Virus record (IMG/VR): IMGVR_UViG_3300046457_000175
Span: 32,001 to 96,000 of that record
Strand: one strand, 5' to 3'
Origin: a virus
DNA length: 64,000 nt
Shown here one piece after another: positions 21,161-30,567 of this stretch (within the stretch, counting starts at the first letter, position 1; every line of letters begins with the position of its first letter). Below the pieces are notes generated by a model. That model had not been told where the DNA came from. It worked only from the letters and a program-made list of their open reading frames with translations, and searched no databases. The position numbers were made by a program, and so were the translations under genes.

Positions 21161-21915
21161 GCTGCCTCCTTGGCGCGCTCGAAGTTCTTCGCGCCGACGC
21201 CGTGTGCGATGATGGTGATGTCCGATTTGGCCTTGGTCCGAGCGCCCCCGCAGAGGAGGCACTGCGCGCACTGCGTCGCCTTGCCCATCTCCTTGCTCGC
21301 CGGGCAGTGGCCTTCGCCGCTCAGCTTCGGTTCGTCCTTGCCGCGGACACGAAAGGTCCGGAAGCCGAGAGCCTTGGCTTCTTCGCGATCCTGCTCGCTG
21401 TCGCAGGACGCCATGCAGAATGCCGACAGCGTCGGATACTGGCGCCACAGATGCGTGTAGCCAGACAGCTCGGTCACGAGATCGAGGGACTGCTCCCAGA
21501 CGTGGAAGGGGACAGCGCCGGGATCGCCATAGGCGCCCAGCCGAACCCGCCTGTGAGCCAGCAGCTTGCGTGCCTTGGCCAGGGGGACATCGGGATAGAT
21601 GCCACGGGAGAACGCATCCCAGACCACGCGCGGGCCCTGGAATAGGGTCACGTAGCAGGACCGGCCGACGTTCTTGCGCTCGCCAGTCTTCAGGTCGGTG
21701 ACGATCTTGCCGCGATGGCCGCAGCCGCCGCAGATCGACACATCGTCGCCAGTCTGCACCGCCTTGAGCGGGCTCTGGTCAGCCCGCATGATGTAGACCT
21801 GGATCATGTGGCCGGTTTTGGAATTGTTGCCACCGGTCATCAGGCCGGTTGCGATCACGATGATCGGCTGCTCGTCGATCACTGATGGGCCACGGTAAAG
21901 AACGAAACCGTTCAT
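21157..21915 (-). CDS. conserved Cys-rich phage protein, possible metal/Fe-S enzyme
   Basis: N.KTG.MIQ, CGGCGHR, CYV, RLGAYGDP, GYTH.W, CAQCLLC. Confidence 0.7.
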   Translation of the reverse strand: MNGFVLYRGPSVIDEQPIIVIATGLMTGGNNSKTGHMIQVYIMRADQSPLKAVQTGDDVSICGGCGHRGKIVTDLKTGERKNVGRSCYVTLFQGPRVVWDAFSRGIYPDVPLAKARKLLAHRRVRLGAYGDPGAVPFHVWEQSLDLVTELSGYTHLWRQYPTLSAFCMASCDSEQDREEAKALGFRTFRVRGKDEPKLSGEGHCPASKEMGKATQCAQCLLCGGARTKAKSDITIIAHGVGAKNFERAKEAA

Positions 21916-21935
21916 GGGTCTCTCCTCGTTTGTAT

Positions 21936-22307
21936 TCATGCAAAGCTCGGGACAAGCCGATCCAGCGGATGCGGCTCAGTGAGCGACAGCTCAATCTGCG
22001 CTCGGCGGAGCTGGTTGGTGACGATGCGGATTTGCTTGCGCTTGCGGGCCTTGAAGTCGTTGATCGCGTCTTCTTCGGTCTCCGAAAACTTTTTCTTGAA
22101 TGCGGTGAGCAGTTGGAACTCACCGCACACCCAGGCGCCTTTCGGCGTCCGGCGATCGACGGGGTACCACCGCAACTCCAGGCGCGGGGCGGTGAACCCG
22201 TACTGCTCGCGATCGGCATCGATGATGTAGGAGTAGCTCTGGGCCTCGCACCGCCAGAGAGCGTCGACTCCCTCTGGCGGTTTGCCGTGCGGATGGTGCA
22301 GCCTCAC
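21936..22307 (-). CDS. hypothetical protein
   Basis: GTG start overlapping the helicase stop. Confidence 0.6.
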   Translation of the reverse strand: MRLHHPHGKPPEGVDALWRCEAQSYSYIIDADREQYGFTAPRLELRWYPVDRRTPKGAWVCGEFQLLTAFKKKFSETEEDAINDFKARKRKQIRIVTNQLRRAQIELSLTEPHPLDRLVPSFA

Positions 22308-23890
22308 GCTGCCTTCTCCTTCGGCTGCTTCACGTTGTCGTTGACAGCCTTCTGCTTCGGCATCGGCGGCAGCAGGTCGATCAGCTCGCCCATGGAGCGG
22401 GTGGCTGCGACATACTGAAGGTGCTTCTCCTGCTCCATTTCCCAGTCCATCGAGGCATACTTCGAAGGGCAGGTGTTGAACCGATCGAGCCAGAAGACCC
22501 GCTTCCATTCACGTCCCTTGGCTCGATGGATGGTCGACAGCGTCAGGATGCCGGTCACGTTGTCGGCGAAGATGTTGTCGATGTAGGCGACGACATCCGT
22601 GATCCTGTGGAGCTTGGCCTCACGGCAGGCATCCATCACGACCTTGAGCGTCTCGACCTTGTCCTCGGCCTCCTGGACCTTGGACATTTTCTTCTTGGGC
22701 AGCCACTTCGCCCGCTCTTTCTCCAGCCATTCCTCGAGTTTTTCTTCGAGGGCCGAGATGTTGGCGATCGACTTCCATCGGGTAGCCAGCTTCTTCAGCT
22801 GCTCGCCGATGTCCCGGCCTTCGATCCGGCAGGGGATCTTGGCGCGGATCAGTGCGAATGCCGCGGTGACCAACGGTCGAGTGTTACGGCAGAGGATCGA
22901 GGAGTCGCCGTCCAGGCGGGCCGGATTGAGCATCATCTGCTCGAAGCCCTCCAGAGTGACTGACCCCTCCGGCGCGGACTCGTGAGCCTGGATGTGGTTG
23001 ACCCACGTCTGAGCCATCTTGACCACCGCCTTGGGGCACCGGTAGGTGACCGTCAGCGGCATCTCCTTGGCATTGAAGTCCTGCTTGATGATCTCGATGC
23101 TGTCGTTGTCGGCGCCCGTGAAGCCGTAGATGGCCTGATGGGGATCACCGACCGCGAACAGTCGAGCGCGGGGCTTCATCAGGGCCTTCGCCAGCAGCCG
23201 GCGCACCGTGTTGGTGTCCTGCGCCTCGTCGATCCAGACGTTGTCGTATTGGAAGAACCTGATCTGGTAGATCAGGGGCAAGTAGATCATGTCGTCGAAG
23301 TCGATGATCTCCGGCTCGGAGTTCGATGCCTTCAACACCTCGATCGACAGGTCGATGAGAGCGTCGGCCTTCTTTGCCAGCTCCTCGCTGTCGAACAGAT
23401 CGAAGTGCTCGACGATGTCCTCCCAGATGGAGGTGTCGTCGATGTGGCCGTAACCCTGGATACCGACGCCGCTCTGCTTGGCGAGCGAGACCAGATGGCA
23501 GACGACGGAAGCGTGGAACGCCAGGTCGGAGCCGATCTTGCCGGACTCGATCCAGCCCTCGGTGATGTTGGCGACCTTCTCCTTCACCGTGCGGACCTTG
23601 GGGAACGCCTTGCGGTAGTTCCGGAAGCCGATGGAGTGTACGGTTGCGGCCTCGGCCTTCTTCCAGTCGATGCCGGCCTGCTGAAGCTTGCCCTTGATCT
23701 CCTCGGCAATCTTCTTGTTGAAGGACAGGATGATGGAGGAGCCCCGCATGCGCTCCACCGTCTTGATGATGGTGGTGGTCTTGCCGGCGCCGGCCACGGC
23801 GATCAGCACCAGGGAGCTGGTACCGTTCCAGGCTTCGTGCTGGAACGCCGCCTGCTGCGGGGATGGAACCCAAATTGATGGAGCTTGCAT
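22304..23890 (-). CDS. UvrD/Rep-like SF1 helicase
   Basis: AVAGAGKTT, DEAQD, VGDPHQAIYGFTGA, TYRCP, STIHRAKGREW. Confidence 0.93.
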   Translation of the reverse strand: MQAPSIWVPSPQQAAFQHEAWNGTSSLVLIAVAGAGKTTTIIKTVERMRGSSIILSFNKKIAEEIKGKLQQAGIDWKKAEAATVHSIGFRNYRKAFPKVRTVKEKVANITEGWIESGKIGSDLAFHASVVCHLVSLAKQSGVGIQGYGHIDDTSIWEDIVEHFDLFDSEELAKKADALIDLSIEVLKASNSEPEIIDFDDMIYLPLIYQIRFFQYDNVWIDEAQDTNTVRRLLAKALMKPRARLFAVGDPHQAIYGFTGADNDSIEIIKQDFNAKEMPLTVTYRCPKAVVKMAQTWVNHIQAHESAPEGSVTLEGFEQMMLNPARLDGDSSILCRNTRPLVTAAFALIRAKIPCRIEGRDIGEQLKKLATRWKSIANISALEEKLEEWLEKERAKWLPKKKMSKVQEAEDKVETLKVVMDACREAKLHRITDVVAYIDNIFADNVTGILTLSTIHRAKGREWKRVFWLDRFNTCPSKYASMDWEMEQEKHLQYVAATRSMGELIDLLPPMPKQKAVNDNVKQPKEKAA

Positions 23891-23955
23891 GGTCCTCGTC
23901 TCGGTCTTTGGTGGGGGACGGTTAGCATTGCGTTTGCATTCAAGCAAACAAAAAA

Positions 23956-24375
23956 TCAAACGTCGACGGTCTCATTGGTCAGGGCGACGTCTAGCTGTGC
24001 CGGCGACAGGCTGGCGACCATGCCGGGCATCTCGATCGCCCGGAGAGCCTTCAGAGCCTTGACGATGCGGTTGGCCTTCTCCTCGGAGCGAGGCTTGGCG
24101 ATCAGCTCGCGGCCCTCGAAGATCAGCCAGCAGTTGTCGTAGATGTCCTGGATCGCGAACACCTCGTCGTTCTCGCCGAAGAAGATGGTCTTGATCTCCG
24201 GAGTGAGGTACTGCGACTGGACCATCGACGCATAGCAGTGCTTGTCGAGCAGCCCTTTGTTGATCAGGCTTTTCGCCGAATTGACGTAGCCCTTGGACAG
24301 ATACAGCGTGTTCATTGGCTCGGCGATCACACGAGCGATGATGCGCTCTTGCAGCTTAGTGAGGGTCTTGGCCAT
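23956..24375 (-). CDS. hypothetical protein
   Basis: AAGGAGG RBS after the palindromic box at 24393. Confidence 0.7.
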   Translation of the reverse strand: MAKTLTKLQERIIARVIAEPMNTLYLSKGYVNSAKSLINKGLLDKHCYASMVQSQYLTPEIKTIFFGENDEVFAIQDIYDNCWLIFEGRELIAKPRSEEKANRIVKALKALRAIEMPGMVASLSPAQLDVALTNETVDV

Positions 24376-24442
24376 TTCAATCCTCCTTGTCTTTGCATGC
24401 ATGCAAGTGGCCGGGCAGCGTGAGCCACCCGGCCAGATGCGA

Positions 24443-24850
24443 TTACAGCTCGGCGGCGAGCTTGCGGAGTTCCTCCAGGGACGACCCGCCCAGCTTCTCG
24501 GCCTCCTTGGCGGCGATCAGCGCCAGGATCTGCTGCTTCTTCTCGCGGTTCGACGCGGTCTCGGCAGCCTTCTCGGCCTCGCCCTGCTTCGTCTCGACGA
24601 CGTACTTGACGATGTCGAAGGCGAGCTGCGTCTCGTTGTCGGCTTTGCGGCCGGAGCTGAGGAACGGCAGATCGTCGTCGCTGCTGTCCTTCAGCCGGCG
24701 GTTCAGCTCACGCGCGATGCTGGCAAGATCATTGCCGGCCTTCGCCTTGGTGGTGATGGGCAGATCCCACAGCTGCTCCGCCGTGATGCCGCCGACCGCC
24801 GCCGGGAAACGGATCTTGAGGCGCGCGGCCTTCTCGAACAAGTCTGACAT
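24443..24850 (-). CDS. conserved coiled-coil phage protein
   Basis: LFEKAARLKIRF...EQLWDLP...SLEELRK; follows the 687-aa gene. Confidence 0.75.
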   Translation of the reverse strand: MSDLFEKAARLKIRFPAAVGGITAEQLWDLPITTKAKAGNDLASIARELNRRLKDSSDDDLPFLSSGRKADNETQLAFDIVKYVVETKQGEAEKAAETASNREKKQQILALIAAKEAEKLGGSSLEELRKLAAEL

Positions 24851-24864
24851 TTTAGTCCTTTCGC

Positions 24865-26928
24865 TTAGAAGATGACCTTGACGGTCCGGTTGAAACTGCC
24901 CTTCACTTTGACCAGGAGTTCGTTCCGCTGTGTGCTGGAGAACCCGAGACCGCTGATCTGGTCGGCCGACGACTCGGCCTTCATCTTCGAGCCGACCAGC
25001 TCGATGACCTTCCGATGCTTGTCGAGTTCTGCCCTGAGAAACTCATTGTAGAACCCGCGCGCCTGCCCGTCGTTGAGGCAGCCGTCCAGCATGAAGAAGT
25101 AGTGCTTGTTGCCGACGCCGTGCCCGTTCCAGAAGTTCGGGGACAGCATCATCATGTCGACCTTGTGGAATGCCTGCGTCTGCAGACCCCAGCTGGTCTT
25201 GGTTGTCTGCGAAGTCGGGAGCATCTCCAGGACCTTGAACTGGCCCTTCTTCAGCTCGATCTTCGCGACCGTGACCCACTCCTTTTGCTTGAGCGCGGCG
25301 GGGTACTCGAACTCGTAGAGGTTACCGCCGCACTCGATCTCGGCGCTGAACCCGGAATCCGTGGGAGGGCGCCGCGACCAGTTGTGGATCTTGAAGGTGT
25401 AGACACCCTCAGGCATTTTGCTCAGGCTCGGGAACGTGATGTTCTCGACCGGGACATAGCCCGCCGGCGCCGCATCGACGTAGTCGACGTCCTGGATGCC
25501 GCCAGAGATATGGTCCTTGCGGTTATTCCATCCCACTCGGCGTCCGGCCGGATAGCGGTCGCTGCATCCGCCGGCATGCTCTGACGAGCCCGGCATGAAC
25601 ACATGCAGGTCCATCAGGCTGGCGTTGCGGCCGATGTGGTTCCACATGTGGGTGAACCGCAGCACGCCATCGACGCGGCCACCACGCTGCTGCACCTTCT
25701 GCCGCATCGAGTCCGCGATGTCGCCGTTGTAGGACCACGAGAAGTTGTTGTCCCACTTGAACAGCGGAGCTGCTGTCGGATCGACCGGAGCAACCAGGCT
25801 GACCAGGTTGTTGATGTGCTGGTTCTCCAGCATCACCTCGATCGACTCGGCGTTCGGAACGATCTGCGAGATGAACTTCTCGATCGGCACTTCCTCGACC
25901 TTGTCGAGCTTGCGGGTCGAGGGCTTCTTGGTCGGGATCGTATCGAACACGTCGCCGGTCATGACCTTGCGGACTGCGCCATCGACGAACAGGATGTTCT
26001 CGACCGAGATGTCCGTCTTCGCTGCGTACCGGCGCTCCAGGGCGGACGTCAGCCCCAGCTCGACGATGGTCTCCTTGGCCTTGGCGACCATGGCCGGCGT
26101 GACCAGGGCGGTGCTGCGCTTGTAGTTCTCCGGGGCAACGACAGCCTCGAACTTGCCGACAGCCTTCTCGAGTTCCATGCCCTCCGACAGGTCGACCAGC
26201 AGGGTGCCGATCGCGGTGTTGCGGATCTTGGAGACGGCGCCCGGCAGCGTCTTGATCTGAGACCACACGAACGCATCGCGGTCGGCGACCGGCAGCTCGT
26301 CGAAGGCCGCCTTGACCTTACGGAAGGTGTCGACTGCGAACTTCTGCTCGGTGCCGCGGTACAGCGAGTTCTGAGCGATCAGGTCCAGGACCGTATCGAC
26401 AGCATCCATCGCCAGCTCGTTGCAGCTGCGCAGCAGAACGTCGTGGAGCGCACGGGTGTCGCCATGACGAGGCCCGATCTTGTCGCCAGCGAGGACACTG
26501 GCGGGCGGGATGCGGACGAAGAAGTGGTCCCAGGTCTTGACCTGGCCGAGGACGTCCTCGAAGTTCTTGTCGGTGCCTGCGGTGGCCTCGGTGTAGAGGA
26601 ACTCGTTGTCGATCGGCTTCGATTTGACCAGCGCGGCCATGGCATCGGACACGATCTGGTAGTTCGGGTCGCCGACCTTGCCGTCCCAGATCGTTACGAT
26701 CTTGCCCTCGACGATCGACACGACGTTGCCGACCGCGCGGATGAACTGGCGGCAGCAGCTGCAATCATGCTCGGCGCGCTCGCGGTAGGTCTGGTTGGTG
26801 CCTTCGGGAAAGCTGCCGAGGTAGGCGGCATAGAGGTCATCCTTCTCGACGGTGGTGCAGAACAGCGCACCCTTGCTCATCTTGGCGAACTGCTTCGCGA
26901 CGGCGTTCTTGAACAGACAGAAGTCCAT
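24865..26928 (-). CDS. large conserved phage protein with a YfaP/DUF2135-like module
   Basis: MDLHVFMP...DVDY...PVENITF...GVYTFKIHNW; 687 aa. Confidence 0.7.
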   Translation of the reverse strand: MDFCLFKNAVAKQFAKMSKGALFCTTVEKDDLYAAYLGSFPEGTNQTYRERAEHDCSCCRQFIRAVGNVVSIVEGKIVTIWDGKVGDPNYQIVSDAMAALVKSKPIDNEFLYTEATAGTDKNFEDVLGQVKTWDHFFVRIPPASVLAGDKIGPRHGDTRALHDVLLRSCNELAMDAVDTVLDLIAQNSLYRGTEQKFAVDTFRKVKAAFDELPVADRDAFVWSQIKTLPGAVSKIRNTAIGTLLVDLSEGMELEKAVGKFEAVVAPENYKRSTALVTPAMVAKAKETIVELGLTSALERRYAAKTDISVENILFVDGAVRKVMTGDVFDTIPTKKPSTRKLDKVEEVPIEKFISQIVPNAESIEVMLENQHINNLVSLVAPVDPTAAPLFKWDNNFSWSYNGDIADSMRQKVQQRGGRVDGVLRFTHMWNHIGRNASLMDLHVFMPGSSEHAGGCSDRYPAGRRVGWNNRKDHISGGIQDVDYVDAAPAGYVPVENITFPSLSKMPEGVYTFKIHNWSRRPPTDSGFSAEIECGGNLYEFEYPAALKQKEWVTVAKIELKKGQFKVLEMLPTSQTTKTSWGLQTQAFHKVDMMMLSPNFWNGHGVGNKHYFFMLDGCLNDGQARGFYNEFLRAELDKHRKVIELVGSKMKAESSADQISGLGFSSTQRNELLVKVKGSFNRTVKVIF

Positions 26929-26935
26929 GGTGGCT

Positions 26936-27400
26936 TTAATCCTTGATGATTTCTTTGATGGAGGTGTTGGCGACGAAGCCGAAGAAGCCTTCCTCGGACT
27001 CGACCATGATCGTCTTGTCGGTATCCTCACGGTCGGAGTCGCCGACCACATAGATGCCGTCCGGAGCGTCCTCGTCTCCCTCGACACGGACCTTGTCGCC
27101 GGGATTGACGACAAGAACCCGCATCGCATCGGGAGTTGATGCAGCCTTGTCGTGCCAGACCGAAGACAGCTGCTCGCCGTCCAGGAACAGGCCATCCTCG
27201 CTGAGGACGGCCCGCCCATCGGTGGCGTCGTTCACCGCCACGCGAACGTCCGTGAGGCGGACGACCTCATCTTCATCCTCGCACCCAGCAGCAAGGCGAG
27301 TTTTCACCAGGTCGAAAGCCGGGTGATCCACCGCCAAGGTCCAGGGACGGCCCTTGGCGATGAAGAAGATTGACGTGTCGGTGATGACGCTGGCGATCAT
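26936..27400 (-). CDS. rIIB-like protein, N-terminal part only
   Basis: follows rIIA; DHPAFDLV...GLFLDGEQL resembles the rIIB N-terminus; conserved core absent. Confidence 0.55.
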   Translation of the reverse strand: MIASVITDTSIFFIAKGRPWTLAVDHPAFDLVKTRLAAGCEDEDEVVRLTDVRVAVNDATDGRAVLSEDGLFLDGEQLSSVWHDKAASTPDAMRVLVVNPGDKVRVEGDEDAPDGIYVVGDSDREDTDKTIMVESEEGFFGFVANTSIKEIIKD

Positions 27401-27417
27401 GTTGAGCTCCGGTTGGA

Positions 27418-29544
27418 TCAGGCGGCGAGGTCGAAGTCTTCGACGAGGTCTTCGACGCAGCCGTCCTCGTCGTTGTCGTTCGCGGCTTCGGGTCGGGCGA
27501 GAAGCGAGAAGTAGTGCTTCAGCTTCGCCGCCTTCTCCTGACCACGGTGGCTGTACTCGTACGCTTCGACGATCGTCTTCAGCAGCAGGTATTCATTGCA
27601 GAGAAGATTGAAGCGCGCTTCGATCGCCTGGATCGGACACGTCACTTCCGGCGTGTCGATCTGAACGCCGATCTTTTTCAGTGCCGAATAGGCCTTGTCG
27701 CTCTCGGTTGCTGCGGTCGAGTTGTTTTGCAACGAGCGATAGAGGGTCTTGAGATCACGCATGAATGCGAGAACGTCCTCCGGAGCCTGACGGATCCGGA
27801 TCGTCGCCACTTGCTGAAGGTTGGAGTTCAGGTTGTGGATCGTCTTCTTGTGCAGACCCGTGAACTCAGCGACGTTCACTCGCCCCTTCAGTTCCTCGAC
27901 CATGTCGTTGGCCAGCATGGTCCAGTCGCCCGGAACGTCCTGGTCGCTCGACTTGACGAGGATGACGGTGCCGACCTCGATCAGCTCGAACTCCACCATC
28001 GACCTGATGAAGCTCTCGGTTGAGTTGAAGTCCATCGAGCCGGCCTGGGCATCGTGTAGCCGGTACCAGTCACTCCCGCCGCGACGGCGACGGTACGTCC
28101 CCGGCATGCTCTCGACCATCACGCCGCCCTCGGCCAGGTCAACGTCTTGGGTGAGACGTTGCAGACCGTGGTTGGTGACGACCAAGGTCTTGCGCTTGCG
28201 GATCGTCTTGCTGACCCGTTTGGCGACTGGCACCTTGAAGGTGTCGAGATCGATGACCTCGGGATTGCCGAGCGCATTGAGCACTTCGTCGCGAAACACA
28301 CGCTTGCAGCGCACCCAGAGCACCTTCTGACCGACCAGCTCAGCCATGTGGAAGCGGCTGAGCGAGTAGCTCGGATTGTGCTCGATCACGATCTTGGCGT
28401 CGGCGGCCCACTTCGTGCGGACGCCCTTGTCCTCGAACTTCTCGAACTGTTGCCAGCCTTCCTGGAGCATGTCCGTCTTGAAGTTTGCCTTGACCAGCAT
28501 CGCCGGGATGTAGGCGTCGCGCCACCTCACCACGTCGCGAAGCCGGCCTTGCCGGGTGGCGCCCAGCATGTCGGTCTCGTCGTCGAAGATTTCGGCGGCT
28601 TCGAACAGGGTCTCGGCGGCATCCAGCTTGTCGCGGAGCTGGTCGAGGAAGCTGTCCTCGTACTGCTTGACCAGGTTCTTCAGCGTGGTCCGGGTCGTGT
28701 CATCATAGGCCAGTTCCTCGCGGGACAGCGTGACCTTGAGCGAGCCGATGGGAGCGTCGAACAGAACCTCGTCGCTGACATCGAGGAAGCCGCTGTTCTC
28801 GATCTGGCGCAGGTCGAAGGGATACATGACGCAGCCCATGCGAACGCGCGGACCTTGGAACGGCACGGTGCCGGTCTTGAACTTGGTCCAGTTATCGCCC
28901 TCGCTTTCGACGACCGGCTCCTTCCAGGTGATCGCGTCCCGGGGGAAAATCTTCGGGCGCGGATGGAAGGACCACAGGATGGAGCGAGCGCCACCGACGA
29001 AGTGGTCAATGTCTTCGCGGCGGACGGCGAACGAGACGTCCAGCCCGTTCCGCTCCTCGGTTGGGACGGTGGCCATCAGGCGCATGACCGGAGCGCCGTC
29101 CTGAGCCAGCGAGAGCACATAGGAGCGCATCACGCCGTCATGGTAGGACGTCACGTAGTAGGAGCCGGCGCCGCTGTCCCCGATCAGATAGGCGAACGGG
29201 CTCTTGGAGCCGAGGCCCCAGCCGCCGACCTGCTCGTTGGTGCCGCGCTTGGTCGAGGCGTAGAGACGAGCATAGACGTTGACCATCTGGTCGTGGCTCA
29301 TGCCGGAGCCGTAGTCGCGAACCCGGAACACCGGGTTGAGTCGGGTCGGAAGATGGACCTCGAAGTCGCCGCGGGAAGCGTCCCAGGCGTTGGTGGACAG
29401 CTCCCGGATCGGATACTTGATCTTGTCCTTGGCGAGACCGGAGATCTGGGCGTAGAACGCCACACTGTTCGCCTCGAAGGCGATCTTGATCTCGTCCTGC
29501 ACGCCGGTTGCGACGTCAACGTGGTCCTTCATTCCGAGCTGCAT
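27418..29544 (-). CDS. rIIA: rIIA-like protein with GHKL ATPase domain
   Basis: IRELSTNAWDA, VRDYGSGM, STKRGTNEQVGGWGLGSKSPFAY. Confidence 0.88.
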   Translation of the reverse strand: MQLGMKDHVDVATGVQDEIKIAFEANSVAFYAQISGLAKDKIKYPIRELSTNAWDASRGDFEVHLPTRLNPVFRVRDYGSGMSHDQMVNVYARLYASTKRGTNEQVGGWGLGSKSPFAYLIGDSGAGSYYVTSYHDGVMRSYVLSLAQDGAPVMRLMATVPTEERNGLDVSFAVRREDIDHFVGGARSILWSFHPRPKIFPRDAITWKEPVVESEGDNWTKFKTGTVPFQGPRVRMGCVMYPFDLRQIENSGFLDVSDEVLFDAPIGSLKVTLSREELAYDDTTRTTLKNLVKQYEDSFLDQLRDKLDAAETLFEAAEIFDDETDMLGATRQGRLRDVVRWRDAYIPAMLVKANFKTDMLQEGWQQFEKFEDKGVRTKWAADAKIVIEHNPSYSLSRFHMAELVGQKVLWVRCKRVFRDEVLNALGNPEVIDLDTFKVPVAKRVSKTIRKRKTLVVTNHGLQRLTQDVDLAEGGVMVESMPGTYRRRRGGSDWYRLHDAQAGSMDFNSTESFIRSMVEFELIEVGTVILVKSSDQDVPGDWTMLANDMVEELKGRVNVAEFTGLHKKTIHNLNSNLQQVATIRIRQAPEDVLAFMRDLKTLYRSLQNNSTAATESDKAYSALKKIGVQIDTPEVTCPIQAIEARFNLLCNEYLLLKTIVEAYEYSHRGQEKAAKLKHYFSLLARPEAANDNDEDGCVEDLVEDFDLAA

Positions 29545-29580
29545 TGTCAGTTCCTTCTTGAATGTCTGTGTTGGTTGTGA

Positions 29581-30558
29581 TCAGGAGGCGGCGCTGAACA
29601 GATCGTCGATGTCATCGAAGATGCTGGGCCGGTTGGGTTGCTTCTGCGACTCGGCTTTGCCGTGGACTGCGTCGTGGAGCTGGTCGAAGGTGACGCCGCT
29701 ATTCTCCAGGAAGGCGGCAACCTTGTCGGCGTGGTGCCAGACGATGTCACGAAGGGTCTCCTCGCGACGGTAGCGAAGGCCGCCGAACGAAGCTCCAGAA
29801 CCCTTCGTCGCCTTGAACTTCGGCTTGGCAAAAGGGTCGCGTTCGATCACCAGCTTTGACTGGTCGATCTTGACCATCCAGTTGCGCAGCTCGATCAGGT
29901 GGCCGACATCGAGCGCCTCCTGGGGGCGATGCTCGTTGTAGTAGCCGACCGAAATGTTGGTGCATTCCGCAACCAGGTTTCGGTACTGTTTGGTGTCGGT
30001 CAGCACCCCGGTGTCGTCCAGCTTGAAGCGTGACGGCAGCTGAGCCACCATTGAGTTGCCGAACGTGTCGGAGCAGGTGCGCTGCCCCTGGTGGGTGATG
30101 ACAGAGCCGGTGCCCTTGCGATCGAATGCGATGGCAGCCTGAATGCCGGCGAGCAGCTCGGGCTCCTTCTCGACGATGGCCCGCGATCCCACGCAACCGA
30201 TCTCCTCGGCGAAGTGGAACAAGTAGAGGCCAGGCACCTTCGCCTTGATCATTTCCGCCATGATCCAGACGCCTGCAGCGCAGTCCGCGCCGAGGCAGTT
30301 CGACTTCGAATTGACGGGCAGGGAGATGTACTTCCCGTCATAGTCGACCTTCTGGTAGCCCTCCTTGGAGTGGACGCTGTCGGTGTGCGACGACCACAGG
30401 ACAGCAGGAGCTTCCCCGATCTTCAGTCGCCAGTTGCCGTGCTTGTCCATCTTCGCGCCGAGCGGGATGATGAACCTCTTGATGAACTCCATCTCACTGG
30501 CCGAGCCAGCCGGACGGCGATAAGAGAGCATCGAGATGATGGTTTCGAGATCAGACAT
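29581..30558 (-). CDS. M28-family Zn peptidase
   Basis: SSHTDSVH, LGADCAAGV, FAEEIG, AFDRKG, NISVGYYNEH. Confidence 0.85.
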   Translation of the reverse strand: MSDLETIISMLSYRRPAGSASEMEFIKRFIIPLGAKMDKHGNWRLKIGEAPAVLWSSHTDSVHSKEGYQKVDYDGKYISLPVNSKSNCLGADCAAGVWIMAEMIKAKVPGLYLFHFAEEIGCVGSRAIVEKEPELLAGIQAAIAFDRKGTGSVITHQGQRTCSDTFGNSMVAQLPSRFKLDDTGVLTDTKQYRNLVAECTNISVGYYNEHRPQEALDVGHLIELRNWMVKIDQSKLVIERDPFAKPKFKATKGSGASFGGLRYRREETLRDIVWHHADKVAAFLENSGVTFDQLHDAVHGKAESQKQPNRPSIFDDIDDLFSAAS

Positions 30559-30567
30559 GAGGTTTCC

